Part shown: positions 44,297 to 53,940 of the stretch, piece after piece | How the letters are laid out: each line of letters opens with the position of its first letter | Numbering within the stretch: the first letter of the stretch is position 1 | The notes under the pieces: generated by a model | What the model was told of the DNA's origin: nothing | The model's database searches: none | Seen by the model: only the letters and a program-made list of their open reading frames with translations | IMG/VR virus record: IMGVR_UViG_3300043676_000044 | Location: 1-60,690 of that record | DNA: 60,690 bases | Source: a virus | Lineage: Duplodnaviria; Caudoviricetes | Reading direction: 5' to 3' (one strand) | Made by a program: the position numbers and the translations under genes

Positions 44297-44572
44297 TCAG
44301 TTCTCCTCTTCGCCGACCCGCGCGACGGTCAGCCACGTATTATGGCCGGTAACGTAACGGTCAGCGCGAACCGGGACGCAGATGAAGGCCTCGTAGGTGT
44401 GCGTCTTTTTGCTATGGCTCCAGCTGTCGAGCCGCAGCGTGCGGCAAAAACCGCGCTTGCCGAATTTTCTGTGCGCTTCGCGCTCGGCGAAAATCTCGGC
44501 GGCGGCGCCAGCGTTCTCCGCTTGCACGGCGCGGAAACCGTCGCAGCGGAAAGTATAGAGGTGGGCTGACAT
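44297..44572 (-). CDS. Hypothetical protein
   Basis: AGGAG RBS; motif variant upstream near 44596. Confidence 0.6.
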   Translation of the reverse strand: MSAHLYTFRCDGFRAVQAENAGAAAEIFAEREAHRKFGKRGFCRTLRLDSWSHSKKTHTYEAFICVPVRADRYVTGHNTWLTVARVGEEEN

Positions 44573-44605
44573 AGTCCTAACTCCTCTGTGCTCGACTACA
44601 GTAAT

Positions 44606-45382
44606 TTACGCGGGTTTCCACTCGCCGTCGAGGAACTGCCAGGCCAGGACCTGCGCGAATTGCCGGCGGTGGTGCCCGTTCGTCTCGGGGGTCAGCGAGC
44701 AGTCGGCCAGGATCTCCTCGGCCGCGGCTCGGTATTTCCTGACCAGCTCGACCGTCTCCACGCGGGGGGCATAGGGCGCGGTGCGGTTGCTGACCTCGTT
44801 GATGCGATGCTTCCACTTCTCCTCGGTGACGAAGGTCGCGAGCTGCGGCCACAGCATGTGCAGCGTGGTAGTGTCGGTCAGATTGTACATGACCGACTCG
44901 GTGAACCAGCTCGCGAGGTGCTCCCGCCGCCGGGCATGCACGATCGGCGCGAGCCACGACAGTAGTTGGTTCCATTTCTCCTCGGTGATGTTATGGATCA
45001 GCGCGTCAACATAGTCGGATTTGTTGAGCCTCGCTATGTTGTTGCCGGCAGGGGGCGACGTACGGCTGGTATACTTCGGGAAGAACATCTTCACGTTGTT
45101 CACGAACAGCACGACATCGCGCGGCAGGGGCTTCCACCCCTCGGGTACATGGTCGGCGGACAGGCGGATGACGATGGACCCGGTCATCTGAATGCCGCTG
45201 ATGTCCCTGGCGCGCAGCGCGTTGCAATGCCCGATCATGTCGGGGTCGAGCACCAGGAGCTGCACGTCGTCGGCATCGAGCGGGAACTGCGCCTCGAACT
45301 GGCGCGCCGGGCGCCTCAGTGTGGCTCTGATGCTCTCTAGGATATCGGTGGTGATGGAAGATGGGATTTTCTGGTTAGCCAT
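44606..45382 (-). CDS. Hypothetical protein
   Basis: Operon-consistent 258-aa ORF. Confidence 0.7.
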   Translation of the reverse strand: MANQKIPSSITTDILESIRATLRRPARQFEAQFPLDADDVQLLVLDPDMIGHCNALRARDISGIQMTGSIVIRLSADHVPEGWKPLPRDVVLFVNNVKMFFPKYTSRTSPPAGNNIARLNKSDYVDALIHNITEEKWNQLLSWLAPIVHARRREHLASWFTESVMYNLTDTTTLHMLWPQLATFVTEEKWKHRINEVSNRTAPYAPRVETVELVRKYRAAAEEILADCSLTPETNGHHRRQFAQVLAWQFLDGEWKPA

Positions 45383-45950
45383 TAGTCTTCACCTTCTTCG
45401 GTTTGCGCACCGGATGCAGCAGGATTTTGCGGTGCTGCGGCATGTTGAGGATGTTCACCAGCGTCTCGAGCTGCAGCCGCGAGTTGCCTCTGATCGAGAT
45501 CTTGTCGCTGTCCTCATAGTATTGCAGGGTCTTGCCGATGGGGCCGTGCATCGTTGTCTTCTCGGCGACAATCTCGATGGCCACCATGATCGGCCGCAAC
45601 TTCGCCAGCGGCTCGATGACGCAGGAGAAATACAGTGGATCGGTCAGCGCCTCGGCATACTCGTCCGGAGGGACGCTCGATTTGCCGTGTGCCACGTGGA
45701 TGATTAGCGGGGTGTGGCCCCGCCTATGTCCCCACTCCCTCGTCATCTCCCTAAACCCGCCGGTCATGAAGCTGAACAGGAATTGCGGGCGGTCGCTGTA
45801 GCGGTTCTCGGCGTTGACGCTGATGCAGAACCCGCGCTCGGTGATGCAGTCGGCCATGTGCTGCAGTATCGCCACCTGCTGGCGCATGTCCTCGGCGAAG
45901 CTGGTGGTTGGGATTACGGTAGTCGACGACAAAGGTGTCGCGACGGTCAT
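45375..45950 (-). CDS. Hypothetical protein
   Basis: Coupled ORF with GGAGG RBS. Confidence 0.65.
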   Translation of the reverse strand: MTVATPLSSTTVIPTTSFAEDMRQQVAILQHMADCITERGFCISVNAENRYSDRPQFLFSFMTGGFREMTREWGHRRGHTPLIIHVAHGKSSVPPDEYAEALTDPLYFSCVIEPLAKLRPIMVAIEIVAEKTTMHGPIGKTLQYYEDSDKISIRGNSRLQLETLVNILNMPQHRKILLHPVRKPKKVKTNG

Positions 45951-46195
45951 GGTGCCTCCAATGCGATGCGCGCTAATGTGGTGTCATCGAGAAACTCGTC
46001 GTAGGGAACGACGATCTCGCTGCCATCGACGAACTCGATGGTCATCTCGTCGGATAGGGTGCATCGCAGCACTAGGCCGATCTTCTCGGTCAGGCGCTGA
46101 GGGAGCCTGTCACATAGCAAGCCCCTGTAGCTTTCCATCTGCCCGATCCCGTTGGGGCCAGCGATAATGCCGGATTTGCTGGGGAACTTAGTCAC
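45947..46195 (-). CDS. Hypothetical protein, paralogue A (ends LARIALEAP)
   Basis: Aligns with 46192-46443. Confidence 0.7.
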   Translation of the reverse strand: MTKFPSKSGIIAGPNGIGQMESYRGLLCDRLPQRLTEKIGLVLRCTLSDEMTIEFVDGSEIVVPYDEFLDDTTLARIALEAP

Positions 46196-46443
46196 GGTGC
46201 CTCCAATGCTATGCGAGCTAGCATGTAATCACTGAGGAAATCCTCCTCGGCGAACTCGATGCTGGTGTCGTCGGTAAACTCGACAGTGATGATGCCCGAC
46301 GTTCTGATGGTCCAAGCCCGGTTTATTCGGCGCATCAGGCGCTCGGGCAGGCGCTCGCGAAGAAGTTGCGTGTAGGAAGTTATCTGCCCGGTGCGCCAGG
46401 ACCCATCGACAGGTGGAAGATACAGCGTCCGCCGCTTGGTCAT
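46192..46443 (-). CDS. Hypothetical protein, paralogue B (ends LARIALEAP)
   Basis: ATG at 46443 overlaps the vWA gene stop. Confidence 0.7.
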   Translation of the reverse strand: MTKRRTLYLPPVDGSWRTGQITSYTQLLRERLPERLMRRINRAWTIRTSGIITVEFTDDTSIEFAEEDFLSDYMLARIALEAP

Positions 46444-47732
46444 GTCTTGATGTGCACGGTCTCGCCGAACGGGGCCGTGCCTTTCTCGATGCTGGCCCAG
46501 ACCACCGGATACAACGGTGCCTTGTCGGGCATTTGGCCTTGGAGATCCGTGAGGTAGATCAGCGCGTCGGGCTTGATGCCTTCCTTCTCCAGGTACTCGA
46601 ACGGTGGGACGAAGCTGGTGCCGCCGCCGCCCCTGACGCCACGCTTGCGTGCCACTTCCAGCTCGTCGAGTGAGTTGGCCTCGGCGACACGCCGGATCTG
46701 TGCGTCGCACTCGATCAGGATCACGGTCTTGGGTTTCACGTCCGCGAGTATCCCGCGCATCTCCCCGAAGAACGCACCCAGCGCCTTGGGGTCGGCGTAG
46801 ATCGACCCCGACGTGTCCACCACGACCGCCACCGTGTCCGCGCCATGCCCGGTGCGGCCCGGCATCATGATGATCGGATTGAGTATCAGCTTGCGCCGGT
46901 CCGGACGGTTCCACGTCTCCTTGCGCCGCCCGATCATGCCGGTGATGGTCAGGCGGATCTTGTCGCGCCACTGAATCTGCGGCTCCAGGATATCCTCGAC
47001 CATCCTGGCGATGCGCGTCGGCAGCTTGCCCATCGCCTTGGCCGCGGCTGCCGCCGCCGCGATGGCCTCCTTGTACTCGGTGTCGCTCGGCAGATCGACC
47101 TTGCCCGTGACCGGGTCCACCGGCGGGTCCAGCAGCTCGTCGAACGCGCCACCCTGTTTCGCCGCCTGGGCATCGCCCTTGGCCCCCTTGGGCGCCTTGT
47201 CTGAACTACGGTAGGTGCTGGGGTTACCCTGGCCTCCGTTGTTGGGCTGGGGCGGCGGGTCCTGCCATTTGCGCTCGTAGACCTTCTCCCATACCTCGTC
47301 CGCGCTCACGTCCGCGGCATAGAGCCACTCGGGGTTCATCTGTCCGACGCCGTCCTCGATGAGCCCGGCATTGATCACGTAGTCGGCGCAGACATTGGCG
47401 AACTGATGGACGAACGGCTTGCCCATCACCGTGCCCTGCTGCTCGTAATGCTTGCCGCGCGCGGGGTGGCGCTCGACGGCGTGGACGACCTCATGGGCAT
47501 AGACGAAGATCGCCTCGCCGGGTTTGAGCGTGTCGATATAGTCGGGGTTGATGAAGATATGCCTGCCGTCCGTCGCGGCGGTGGGGACATCCCTGGTAAA
47601 GACCTCCCGACACTGGGAGTAGAAAAAATGGCTGTAGAAATGGCATGCCGTCATCATCCCGACGCGGGCGATCTCCAGCTTCCTGACCTGGTCGGGCGTG
47701 GGCACGATCTCGGTAAACTTATGGGTCTGCAT
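46440..47732 (-). CDS. Metallopeptidase-like (DUF2201-type) + vWA domain protein
   Basis: TAATDG, AHEVVH, ADYVIN; DTSGS MIDAS, GGGGTSF, YLTD. Confidence 0.9.
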   Translation of the reverse strand: MQTHKFTEIVPTPDQVRKLEIARVGMMTACHFYSHFFYSQCREVFTRDVPTAATDGRHIFINPDYIDTLKPGEAIFVYAHEVVHAVERHPARGKHYEQQGTVMGKPFVHQFANVCADYVINAGLIEDGVGQMNPEWLYAADVSADEVWEKVYERKWQDPPPQPNNGGQGNPSTYRSSDKAPKGAKGDAQAAKQGGAFDELLDPPVDPVTGKVDLPSDTEYKEAIAAAAAAAKAMGKLPTRIARMVEDILEPQIQWRDKIRLTITGMIGRRKETWNRPDRRKLILNPIIMMPGRTGHGADTVAVVVDTSGSIYADPKALGAFFGEMRGILADVKPKTVILIECDAQIRRVAEANSLDELEVARKRGVRGGGGTSFVPPFEYLEKEGIKPDALIYLTDLQGQMPDKAPLYPVVWASIEKGTAPFGETVHIKT

Positions 47733-47745
47733 TACGGTAGTTCTC

Positions 47746-48642
47746 CTATTGGCTGTCCAGACGATCCACGATCGCCTGGGCCTGCTTCTGCACGATCTCG
47801 CGGGCGACGTGGCTTACGCGCAATCCCTCGGCGCTGCTGCCACTGATCATTCGGTCGATCATCGCGGTGATCTCGATCACCTCCTGCTCACCGTTGATGT
47901 TCCAGGCGGGAAGCAACGTGACCAGCTCGCGCACCGCCTCGACCGTCGAGGCACGGAACGTCGCGTCCTCCCCCGACAGGCGCTCGGCGAGCTTGCCCAC
48001 GCGCTTGCGGATCTGGTCCATCATCGCCTTGCGGGCGCCATCGACCATGATCTGTTGTTTCGCCTCAAGGAACTTGGACAGCGCCGTCAGCGTGGTATCC
48101 GGCAGCCCCTGGAAATCCTGCCCGGCAGGCATGGGGACGAAATCGTAGTTGATGTGGAACTGCGCCCGCACCTCCGCCTCGGTCGGGTATGTCGCATCGG
48201 CCAGCGCCGCCAGGTTGGCCTTCGCCCGCACTATCGCATCGGGGTAGTCCGCGATGAACGCATCGAGCGCCTCCATCGCGATCCGCTTGCGCTTGCCCAT
48301 CTCCTCGGCGTACTTGTCGAACAGCTCCGTGGGCAGCAGCCGTGGCCCCCTGAGGCGCTCGGCGTGGGGGTCGGCCACCCATGGCAGGGTCAGGCCGTAA
48401 TGGGTCGTACGGACCGCTGTGAAGGCCGCCTGGGCCTCTTTCAGCTTGCCGTCGGCCCCAGCCAGCATGTTCTTGATCGCCCGCCCCACGTTGCCCACGG
48501 CCCCGGCGTCGGCCTTGGCCTTGTCCATGATCTTGCGATCGGACTTCTCGGCCGACCACACCCCGATGGTCACGTCGGCCAGCAACGCGGTCTTGCGCAG
48601 CGCGTTGCCGATATCGGCATGCCCGATCTGCATCCCGTCCAT
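47746..48642 (-). CDS. Helical protein of the AAA/vWA cluster (DUF3150-like)
   Basis: WSAEKSD..HYGLTLPW..RLLP..YPT..F pattern typical next to phage MoxR/vWA pairs. Confidence 0.65.
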   Translation of the reverse strand: MDGMQIGHADIGNALRKTALLADVTIGVWSAEKSDRKIMDKAKADAGAVGNVGRAIKNMLAGADGKLKEAQAAFTAVRTTHYGLTLPWVADPHAERLRGPRLLPTELFDKYAEEMGKRKRIAMEALDAFIADYPDAIVRAKANLAALADATYPTEAEVRAQFHINYDFVPMPAGQDFQGLPDTTLTALSKFLEAKQQIMVDGARKAMMDQIRKRVGKLAERLSGEDATFRASTVEAVRELVTLLPAWNINGEQEVIEITAMIDRMISGSSAEGLRVSHVAREIVQKQAQAIVDRLDSQ

Positions 48643-48875
48643 CAATGTCCTCCAAATACGGTAGTTGGTGTCAATGCCAAGTATACCAGCAGCGTGCCCA
48701 CCAGGGCAGCCACGGCCAGGGTGGCGTGGATCGCGAGCGCCTGCCGGCGCATGGTTCGCTCGAATGCCTCGGCGGACCAGGGACGCGGGGGGCTGGGGAT
48801 ATGCAGTTCCAGCTGGCGCGGGTCGTTGTCGTTCACGGGCAAGGGCTCCAGTTCCTCGATCAGGTGCAATCTCAT
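48642..48875 (-). CDS. Small protein with C-terminal TM helix
   Basis: ALAIHATLAVAALVGTLLVYLAL. Confidence 0.55.
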   Translation of the reverse strand: MRLHLIEELEPLPVNDNDPRQLELHIPSPPRPWSAEAFERTMRRQALAIHATLAVAALVGTLLVYLALTPTTVFGGH

Positions 48876-49306
48876 GGCTCGGGGTTCCCCAGGATATCCA
48901 GGTAGGTGCTCTCGTGCGGCTCGATCTCCCGGTTGCATGACGGGCACCGGTCATTGCACGCGCAGCTCCACTGATCGGTCCATGTCTCGTGGCAGGCTTG
49001 GCATTCATAGTGGTTCACGATGCGGCACGGCTCGTCGTCGGTATCGACCGGCCCTTCCCACAGGTCGCGCGACTTCACGAACATCCACATCATCACCCAG
49101 GTCCCGTCGTCGGTCTCGCTGACTACGGTAGGGGAGTCGATCTCCATGTCGTTGTCGAACGCGATGGTGTTGCGGGCGAACTCGATATACGGGTTGTCCG
49201 CCTCGCTCGCCTGGAACGCGCGGACGCAATCCGAGAAGGTGACGTGGTTCTCATCGAACAGCTTCTTGATGCGCGCCCGCCGGTCCTCGACCTCTAGCAT
49301 TCCCAT
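48872..49306 (-). CDS. Hypothetical protein with C-terminal Zn ribbon
   Basis: NHYECQACHETWTDQWSCACNDRCPSC; start ATG within a motif variant. Confidence 0.7.
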   Translation of the reverse strand: MGMLEVEDRRARIKKLFDENHVTFSDCVRAFQASEADNPYIEFARNTIAFDNDMEIDSPTVVSETDDGTWVMMWMFVKSRDLWEGPVDTDDEPCRIVNHYECQACHETWTDQWSCACNDRCPSCNREIEPHESTYLDILGNPEP

Positions 49307-49485
49307 TATGGTAGTTCCTCTACTGACTCGATGCAGATCTCTTGCAAGGTAATTCCCTCCGGAGGGCAAGGGCGCTCCTCGACCGCGCACCTGGCGATCT
49401 CCTCCGCTTCCTCGCGGCTCGCGGCCTCGATGGTGAAGTCGAACCCGTCGGTGTAGTAGACGCTGCCCACGATGTTGAATTTCAT
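49306..49485 (-). CDS. 59-aa acidic protein (possibly DpnD/PcfM-like), ends ELP
   Basis: Manual translation MKFNIVGSVYY..IEAASREEAEEIA..EELP; AGGAG RBS. Confidence 0.6.
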   Translation of the reverse strand: MKFNIVGSVYYTDGFDFTIEAASREEAEEIARCAVEERPCPPEGITLQEICIESVEELP

Positions 49486-49520
49486 GTTTCATCTCCTGTG
49501 ATTACGGTAGTTGTCCTGCC

Positions 49521-50693
49521 CTATGCCCGCACCGCGAGCAGCAGGTCCTTGTGTTCCCGCAGCCAGTCGGCGTAGTCGGCGGTCATCGACAGCGCATGGC
49601 TGGCCTCGGGGCGCCCTTTCATCGCGCGCACCGCGAGCACCTGCATCTCGGTCTTCAACCTGGTCAGGTATTTCATCACCGGCTCGGCATTCTTGTCGTC
49701 GATATTCCCCGCGAGCATGAACCCCACCACCATCTGCGCATCCTTGTTCGGCGGCAGCTTGGCCTTGGATGGGTCGCGCATCACGCTCTCGATGGTGGGG
49801 ATCTCGTCGGAGAACTTGAGGTGGACAAAATACTGGCTCGCCGCCGCCTGCCCGACCCAGCCCGCGGCACACTCCTTGGCGATGGTGTCCATCGGCATCT
49901 GGTCGCGGGATACCTCCTCGGGTGACCTTAGCGAGCGCAGATCCGCATCCATCCGGCACAGCGATCGCGGGGTGCAGAACGGATCGGTCCCATCGGGCAC
50001 GCCGTCGGTGAACACGATCTGCGGGTATTGCTGCGCGAAGCTCAGCGTCATGTGGTGCGGGCGCAGCGCCTTGGGCTGGCTCGACGCCCACCCGATGAAC
50101 GCCGGCATGTTGGCGTCGATATGCACCTCCATGCGGCGGTTGGTGAGGAACATCAGCGGGCGCATCACACCCGACCGGTCCTTCATTCGGTTGGACGCGG
50201 CCACCACGCGCCAGCCCATCGGGAGTGCCACGTTGCCCACCTGCCCGTTGAGCAGCAGCTCCGCGCCCGCTTTGCGCACGTCATCGTCTGCCTGGCCAAA
50301 TTCGTCCAGGAACAGGACGCCGACGCGGGGGACCTGGCCTTTCCACGTCCCCTCACGGTGCACCGTGCCGTCGGGCTCGATGACTACCGTATTTGAGATG
50401 GTCGGATACCACGGCGGCGTGCTGAACACGGTGTCCAGCGCGTTGTCCGCGGCGCCCTTGATGGGGATCATGAACCCGCGCACGTCCACGCTCGAGATGG
50501 TCGCGAACATGAACACATGCAGCCCGACCGGCTCGCCCAGCTGACGCGCCGTCTCGGCCACGCACTGGACCACCGCCGACGATTTGCCGATGCCAGGGGG
50601 CGAGATCATCTCGATCGCGCTGGCGCGCGTGCCTCCGTGCAACGCACCCATGTGGGTGCGAACGATAACCTGTTTCGCTTCGTTGATGTCCAT
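49521..50693 (-). CDS. MoxR-like AAA+ ATPase
   Basis: SPPGIGKS, LFLDEF, VVAASNR, TPRS. Confidence 0.88.
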   Translation of the reverse strand: MDINEAKQVIVRTHMGALHGGTRASAIEMISPPGIGKSSAVVQCVAETARQLGEPVGLHVFMFATISSVDVRGFMIPIKGAADNALDTVFSTPPWYPTISNTVVIEPDGTVHREGTWKGQVPRVGVLFLDEFGQADDDVRKAGAELLLNGQVGNVALPMGWRVVAASNRMKDRSGVMRPLMFLTNRRMEVHIDANMPAFIGWASSQPKALRPHHMTLSFAQQYPQIVFTDGVPDGTDPFCTPRSLCRMDADLRSLRSPEEVSRDQMPMDTIAKECAAGWVGQAAASQYFVHLKFSDEIPTIESVMRDPSKAKLPPNKDAQMVVGFMLAGNIDDKNAEPVMKYLTRLKTEMQVLAVRAMKGRPEASHALSMTADYADWLREHKDLLLAVRA

Positions 50694-50695
50694 GA

Positions 50696-51034
50696 TTACG
50701 GTAGTTCCTTGTTGGTGTGATAGATACGTGCCTCAAGCTCGGCGATCATCGCGTCCAGCGCGAGCTTGGGGACGTCGAACAGGGTCCAGTGCCTGGCCGG
50801 CACGATGCAGGGCGCGTCCAAGTGGTCGGTCTCGATGTGCCAGCACTCGATCGGTTTCTCAATCGCGGCCAGCTGCAACGCCGCCTCGGTATACTCAAGA
50901 TCGAACACGAAGTAGCGCAGCCATACGTCGAACGCGGCGCCGGCATCGTCGGCGTGGATTATGCAGTCCTCGCGATTGCCCTCGTTGACCTCCTTGGCGA
51001 CCTCATACTCGATGCCCACCTGATACAGGGCCAT
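50696..51034 (-). CDS. Hypothetical protein (ends ELP)
   Basis: Bounded by motif copies at both ends. Confidence 0.7.
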   Translation of the reverse strand: MALYQVGIEYEVAKEVNEGNREDCIIHADDAGAAFDVWLRYFVFDLEYTEAALQLAAIEKPIECWHIETDHLDAPCIVPARHWTLFDVPKLALDAMIAELEARIYHTNKELP

Positions 51035-51324
51035 TACGGTAGTTCCTTTATCGGGCGTTGCTCGCTGAGACCCGCGACGATCACCACCAGCTCGTTCATG
51101 ACGCTCTCGAGGCGGGCGACGCGAGCGCGGTGCTGGTTGCCCGCGATGGCCTGGGCATTATCCCCCTGCATGTAGTAGTCGCGACCGTGGGGCGCGGTGT
51201 TCGTCTGCAGGTATTCGTGCGCGTCGCTGACCATTTGCAGCGCCATGATGTAGCTATCATACAGGCTGTCGTAGCTGGTGCCGTTGAGATGCACGGTGGG
51301 GATCGCGATGGTGACAAGGGTCAT
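51034..51324 (-). CDS. Hypothetical protein (ends ELP)
   Basis: PTVHLNGT..APHGRDYY pattern; bounded by motif copies. Confidence 0.72.
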   Translation of the reverse strand: MTLVTIAIPTVHLNGTSYDSLYDSYIMALQMVSDAHEYLQTNTAPHGRDYYMQGDNAQAIAGNQHRARVARLESVMNELVVIVAGLSEQRPIKELP

Positions 51325-51352
51325 TTCGGTTGTCCTCGATTACGGTAATTGA

Positions 51353-51811
51353 TCAGGGGTAGAGATGCAGCTGGTTCGTGCTGTTGTTGATCGACCACCC
51401 GCAGACATGGCGCAGGAACCCCTGCCCGAGCAGGCCGGTCTCGGTCTGGTTTATCGACATCTCGATATTCTCGACCGTGATGCCCTTGAGCGTGAGCGCA
51501 GGAAGTATGTAGGTCTGCTCGCGGCTGACGGCGCCGTTGGCGAGGTGGAAGTTGACCATGCGGTAGGGTTTCAGGCTGCCGTCGCGGAGCCAGGCCAGGC
51601 CGAGCGAGCGCGGCAGGGACACGTCCCCCGCGCCGCTGTCGAGCACGAAGGTATGCCCGCCTGGCACGTCGCGAAAATAGAACTTGATATGCGGCGTGGA
51701 GTAGGTCGCGAAGTCCAGGTCGTAGCTGACCGGGGTGGGGGAGCACGGGAACGCGGGGGACGCGATCGCGACCGTCATTAGCGCACACGCTCCCAAAAGA
51801 AGCCGTTTCAT
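51353..51811 (-). CDS. Secreted retropepsin-like aspartic protease
   Basis: Signal peptide; FVLDSGA; LANG flap; LLGQGFL. Confidence 0.82.
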   Translation of the reverse strand: MKRLLLGACALMTVAIASPAFPCSPTPVSYDLDFATYSTPHIKFYFRDVPGGHTFVLDSGAGDVSLPRSLGLAWLRDGSLKPYRMVNFHLANGAVSREQTYILPALTLKGITVENIEMSINQTETGLLGQGFLRHVCGWSINNSTNQLHLYP

Positions 51812-51849
51812 CGGTATATCCCTATTACGGTAGTTGATAAAGAGTAAAG

Positions 51850-51951
51850 TCAGGAGTCTGCGTCTAAGACTATCAGGAAAGACAATATTCCTATGGTGAC
51901 CAGGCCGCCGCCGAGCATGGCGAACACGATCACGGGGAGCAGGTCGAGCAT
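51850..51951 (-). CDS. 33-aa membrane peptide
   Basis: AAGGA RBS; MLDLLPVIVFAMLGGGLVTIGILSFLIVLDADS. Confidence 0.5.
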   Translation of the reverse strand: MLDLLPVIVFAMLGGGLVTIGILSFLIVLDADS

Positions 51952-52171
51952 GGGTGGGTTCCTTGGGTTGGTGGGGGCGCGCCGACGACAAGGTGTCGCG
52001 GCGGGGCGGCGCATCATTCGGTAAAACCGCCGTGGATGCCCGCACAGGCGCCCTTATGGGCTGGGTGGGGGCGAGGGCGCGGCGGGGACGTTATCGGCCT
52101 GTACGGGCAGATATGGGGCTCTAGGGGACGCGGGGGGCTAGATCCTCCGATTACGGTAGTTGATGGGTAGC

Positions 52172-52384
52172 TTAGACCTGGTGCTCTGCGAGTTCGCGAT
52201 TAAACTCGACCAGCAGCCTTCCGTCGCGATCGTCCAGGCTGGCACACACCACGATCGGGTCGTCGACGCACGCATTATAGAAGCGCGCCGCGTCGAGGTA
52301 ATTGTCATAGAGGAACGTGTGATAATCCAGCGCGCCATGCTCGACCGCGCCGATGGTCACGACGAAGGGATTTTGCAGGTTCAT
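52172..52384 (-). CDS. Hypothetical protein
   Basis: GGAG RBS next to a motif copy; flanked by two copies. Confidence 0.55.
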   Translation of the reverse strand: MNLQNPFVVTIGAVEHGALDYHTFLYDNYLDAARFYNACVDDPIVVCASLDDRDGRLLVEFNRELAEHQV

Positions 52385-52431
52385 GGTGGATAACTCCAAT
52401 TACGGTAGTGCATGAAGGGTCTGGATAGTAT

Positions 52432-52841
52432 GGAAGTATGTATCACGCATCCGTGAGGATACTTCCATTCTCGTGAGACGAAAATGAGACTTTGGCGGAT
52501 TTCCAGGCGTTTTTCGCGATACTTCCATACTTCTATTACGCATTCCGTGTAACGGAAGTATTCAAACACCAAAAAACCCAGGAGTAGCTAGGGCTACCGC
52601 GATGAACTTCTGCAACGACGTAAATACACCCCAAAATGGAGGGGTCCGGTTTCACGACCTATCGTGACAAACTCAGTCTCAGATCTCATCCTGCGAGACA
52701 GCCTCGCTAGTGGCTCCTGTTTTAAAACATATAGAAGTATGGAAGTATGGAAGTATGAAAGAAAACTATTGAAAATCTGCCATAAACTGCGTCGAGATAC
52801 TTCCAACGGTGCGGCCGGCGAACACGGCGCTACGGAAGTAT
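52432..52841. repeat. Cluster of (G/A)GAAGTAT 8-mers in an AT-rich intergenic region (iteron/origin-like)
   Basis: Ten copies in both orientations: 52432, 52459, 52519, 52527, 52554, 52733, 52741, 52749, 52797, 52834. Confidence 0.8.
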
Positions 52842-53010
52842 GACCCCAAAATTGGTCGCTACGATAGTGACTGGGGGTTTTTGGCCCGGAAAGCTTCCAC
52901 CACTATATAAATTGGTCGAGTAGCGGCGGCGCAGGCGGCGCATCATTCGGTTTAATATAGTAGTGGGAGCTTACGCCCCCACCCTACCTTGTAACCACTA
53001 TAGTGATTGG

Positions 53011-53940
53011 TTAGGCAGCCTGGCCCAATGTAGTGGTGGGCGTGGTGGACTGGAACACGCGGCCGTTGAAGGGGGCGAACACGTCAACCACACCCGAAGC
53101 TGGCTCAATTACGGTAGTGGATGGGATAGGCTTGGGTCCGTCGAGCACCTCGGTTGCGCTCGCGGTCGGCTCGCGCGCCTCTACGGCAGCGATCTCACGC
53201 ATGTCCTGCGCGGTGACCGGGCGCGTGACCGGCCCGGCCTCGCCCAGCATCGCGGCGCGCGCCGCCTCCAAGGTTTCGACCTTGACCTTGGACAGGGTAT
53301 CAAACGCAGCCTTCACGTCCTGCTCGGGGAAGTTGAGCGCGATGGTGGAAAGCTCATCCATCATGGCCTTGATCCGCTTGGCGGCCTTGTCGGCCTTGAT
53401 ATCCGGGTCGCACTCGCGGGCATAGGCGGTGATCAGGTCGGGCGCGTCGAGCAATCTGCCGCGCGTCGGCAGGGCCTGCGTCGCGGACATCACGACATGG
53501 TAACGGCGCTTCCATGCCTTGCGTGCGGGCATGTCGGCGTCCTTGCCATTGAGCGCCTTGGCCAGGTCTTCGTCGGCCCACACCGCAAGTGCTGCGTCCA
53601 TGATGGATGGGAAAGCCTCGCGCGTGCCGGGTTGCATGACCACGCGCAGCTCGTTGGCGAAAGTCTTGACGCTGGCGGGAAGTTTCGCGCCGTTGTTCGC
53701 CTCGGCGACAAGTGCCGCGCCCTTGTCTACCTGTTGCGCGGTCCAGGCGTTCTGCGTGGACAGCTCGGCCAGGGTGCGCAGCGTGCCCTCGCGCGTGACC
53801 AGCTCGTTGTCGCGCTTGCCCTGCACGATATCAGCTTCTTTCTTGATATCGTCCAGTTCCATGCTGTGGCGCGACAGCGCGCCCTGAATGGCGTTCTTGA
53901 TGGTCTCCGCGATGGTCGCGGTGTCGAGGAGCATGTTCAT
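53011..53940 (-). CDS. Early hypothetical helical protein
   Basis: 309-aa ORF, AGGA RBS beside a motif copy. Confidence 0.75.
   Translation of the reverse strand: MNMLLDTATIAETIKNAIQGALSRHSMELDDIKKEADIVQGKRDNELVTREGTLRTLAELSTQNAWTAQQVDKGAALVAEANNGAKLPASVKTFANELRVVMQPGTREAFPSIMDAALAVWADEDLAKALNGKDADMPARKAWKRRYHVVMSATQALPTRGRLLDAPDLITAYARECDPDIKADKAAKRIKAMMDELSTIALNFPEQDVKAAFDTLSKVKVETLEAARAAMLGEAGPVTRPVTAQDMREIAAVEAREPTASATEVLDGPKPIPSTTVIEPASGVVDVFAPFNGRVFQSTTPTTTLGQAA

Noticed and set aside
52381-52806. ORFs 52381-52572 and 52594-52806
   Set aside because: They run through the GGAAGTAT array with atypical composition; more likely non-coding
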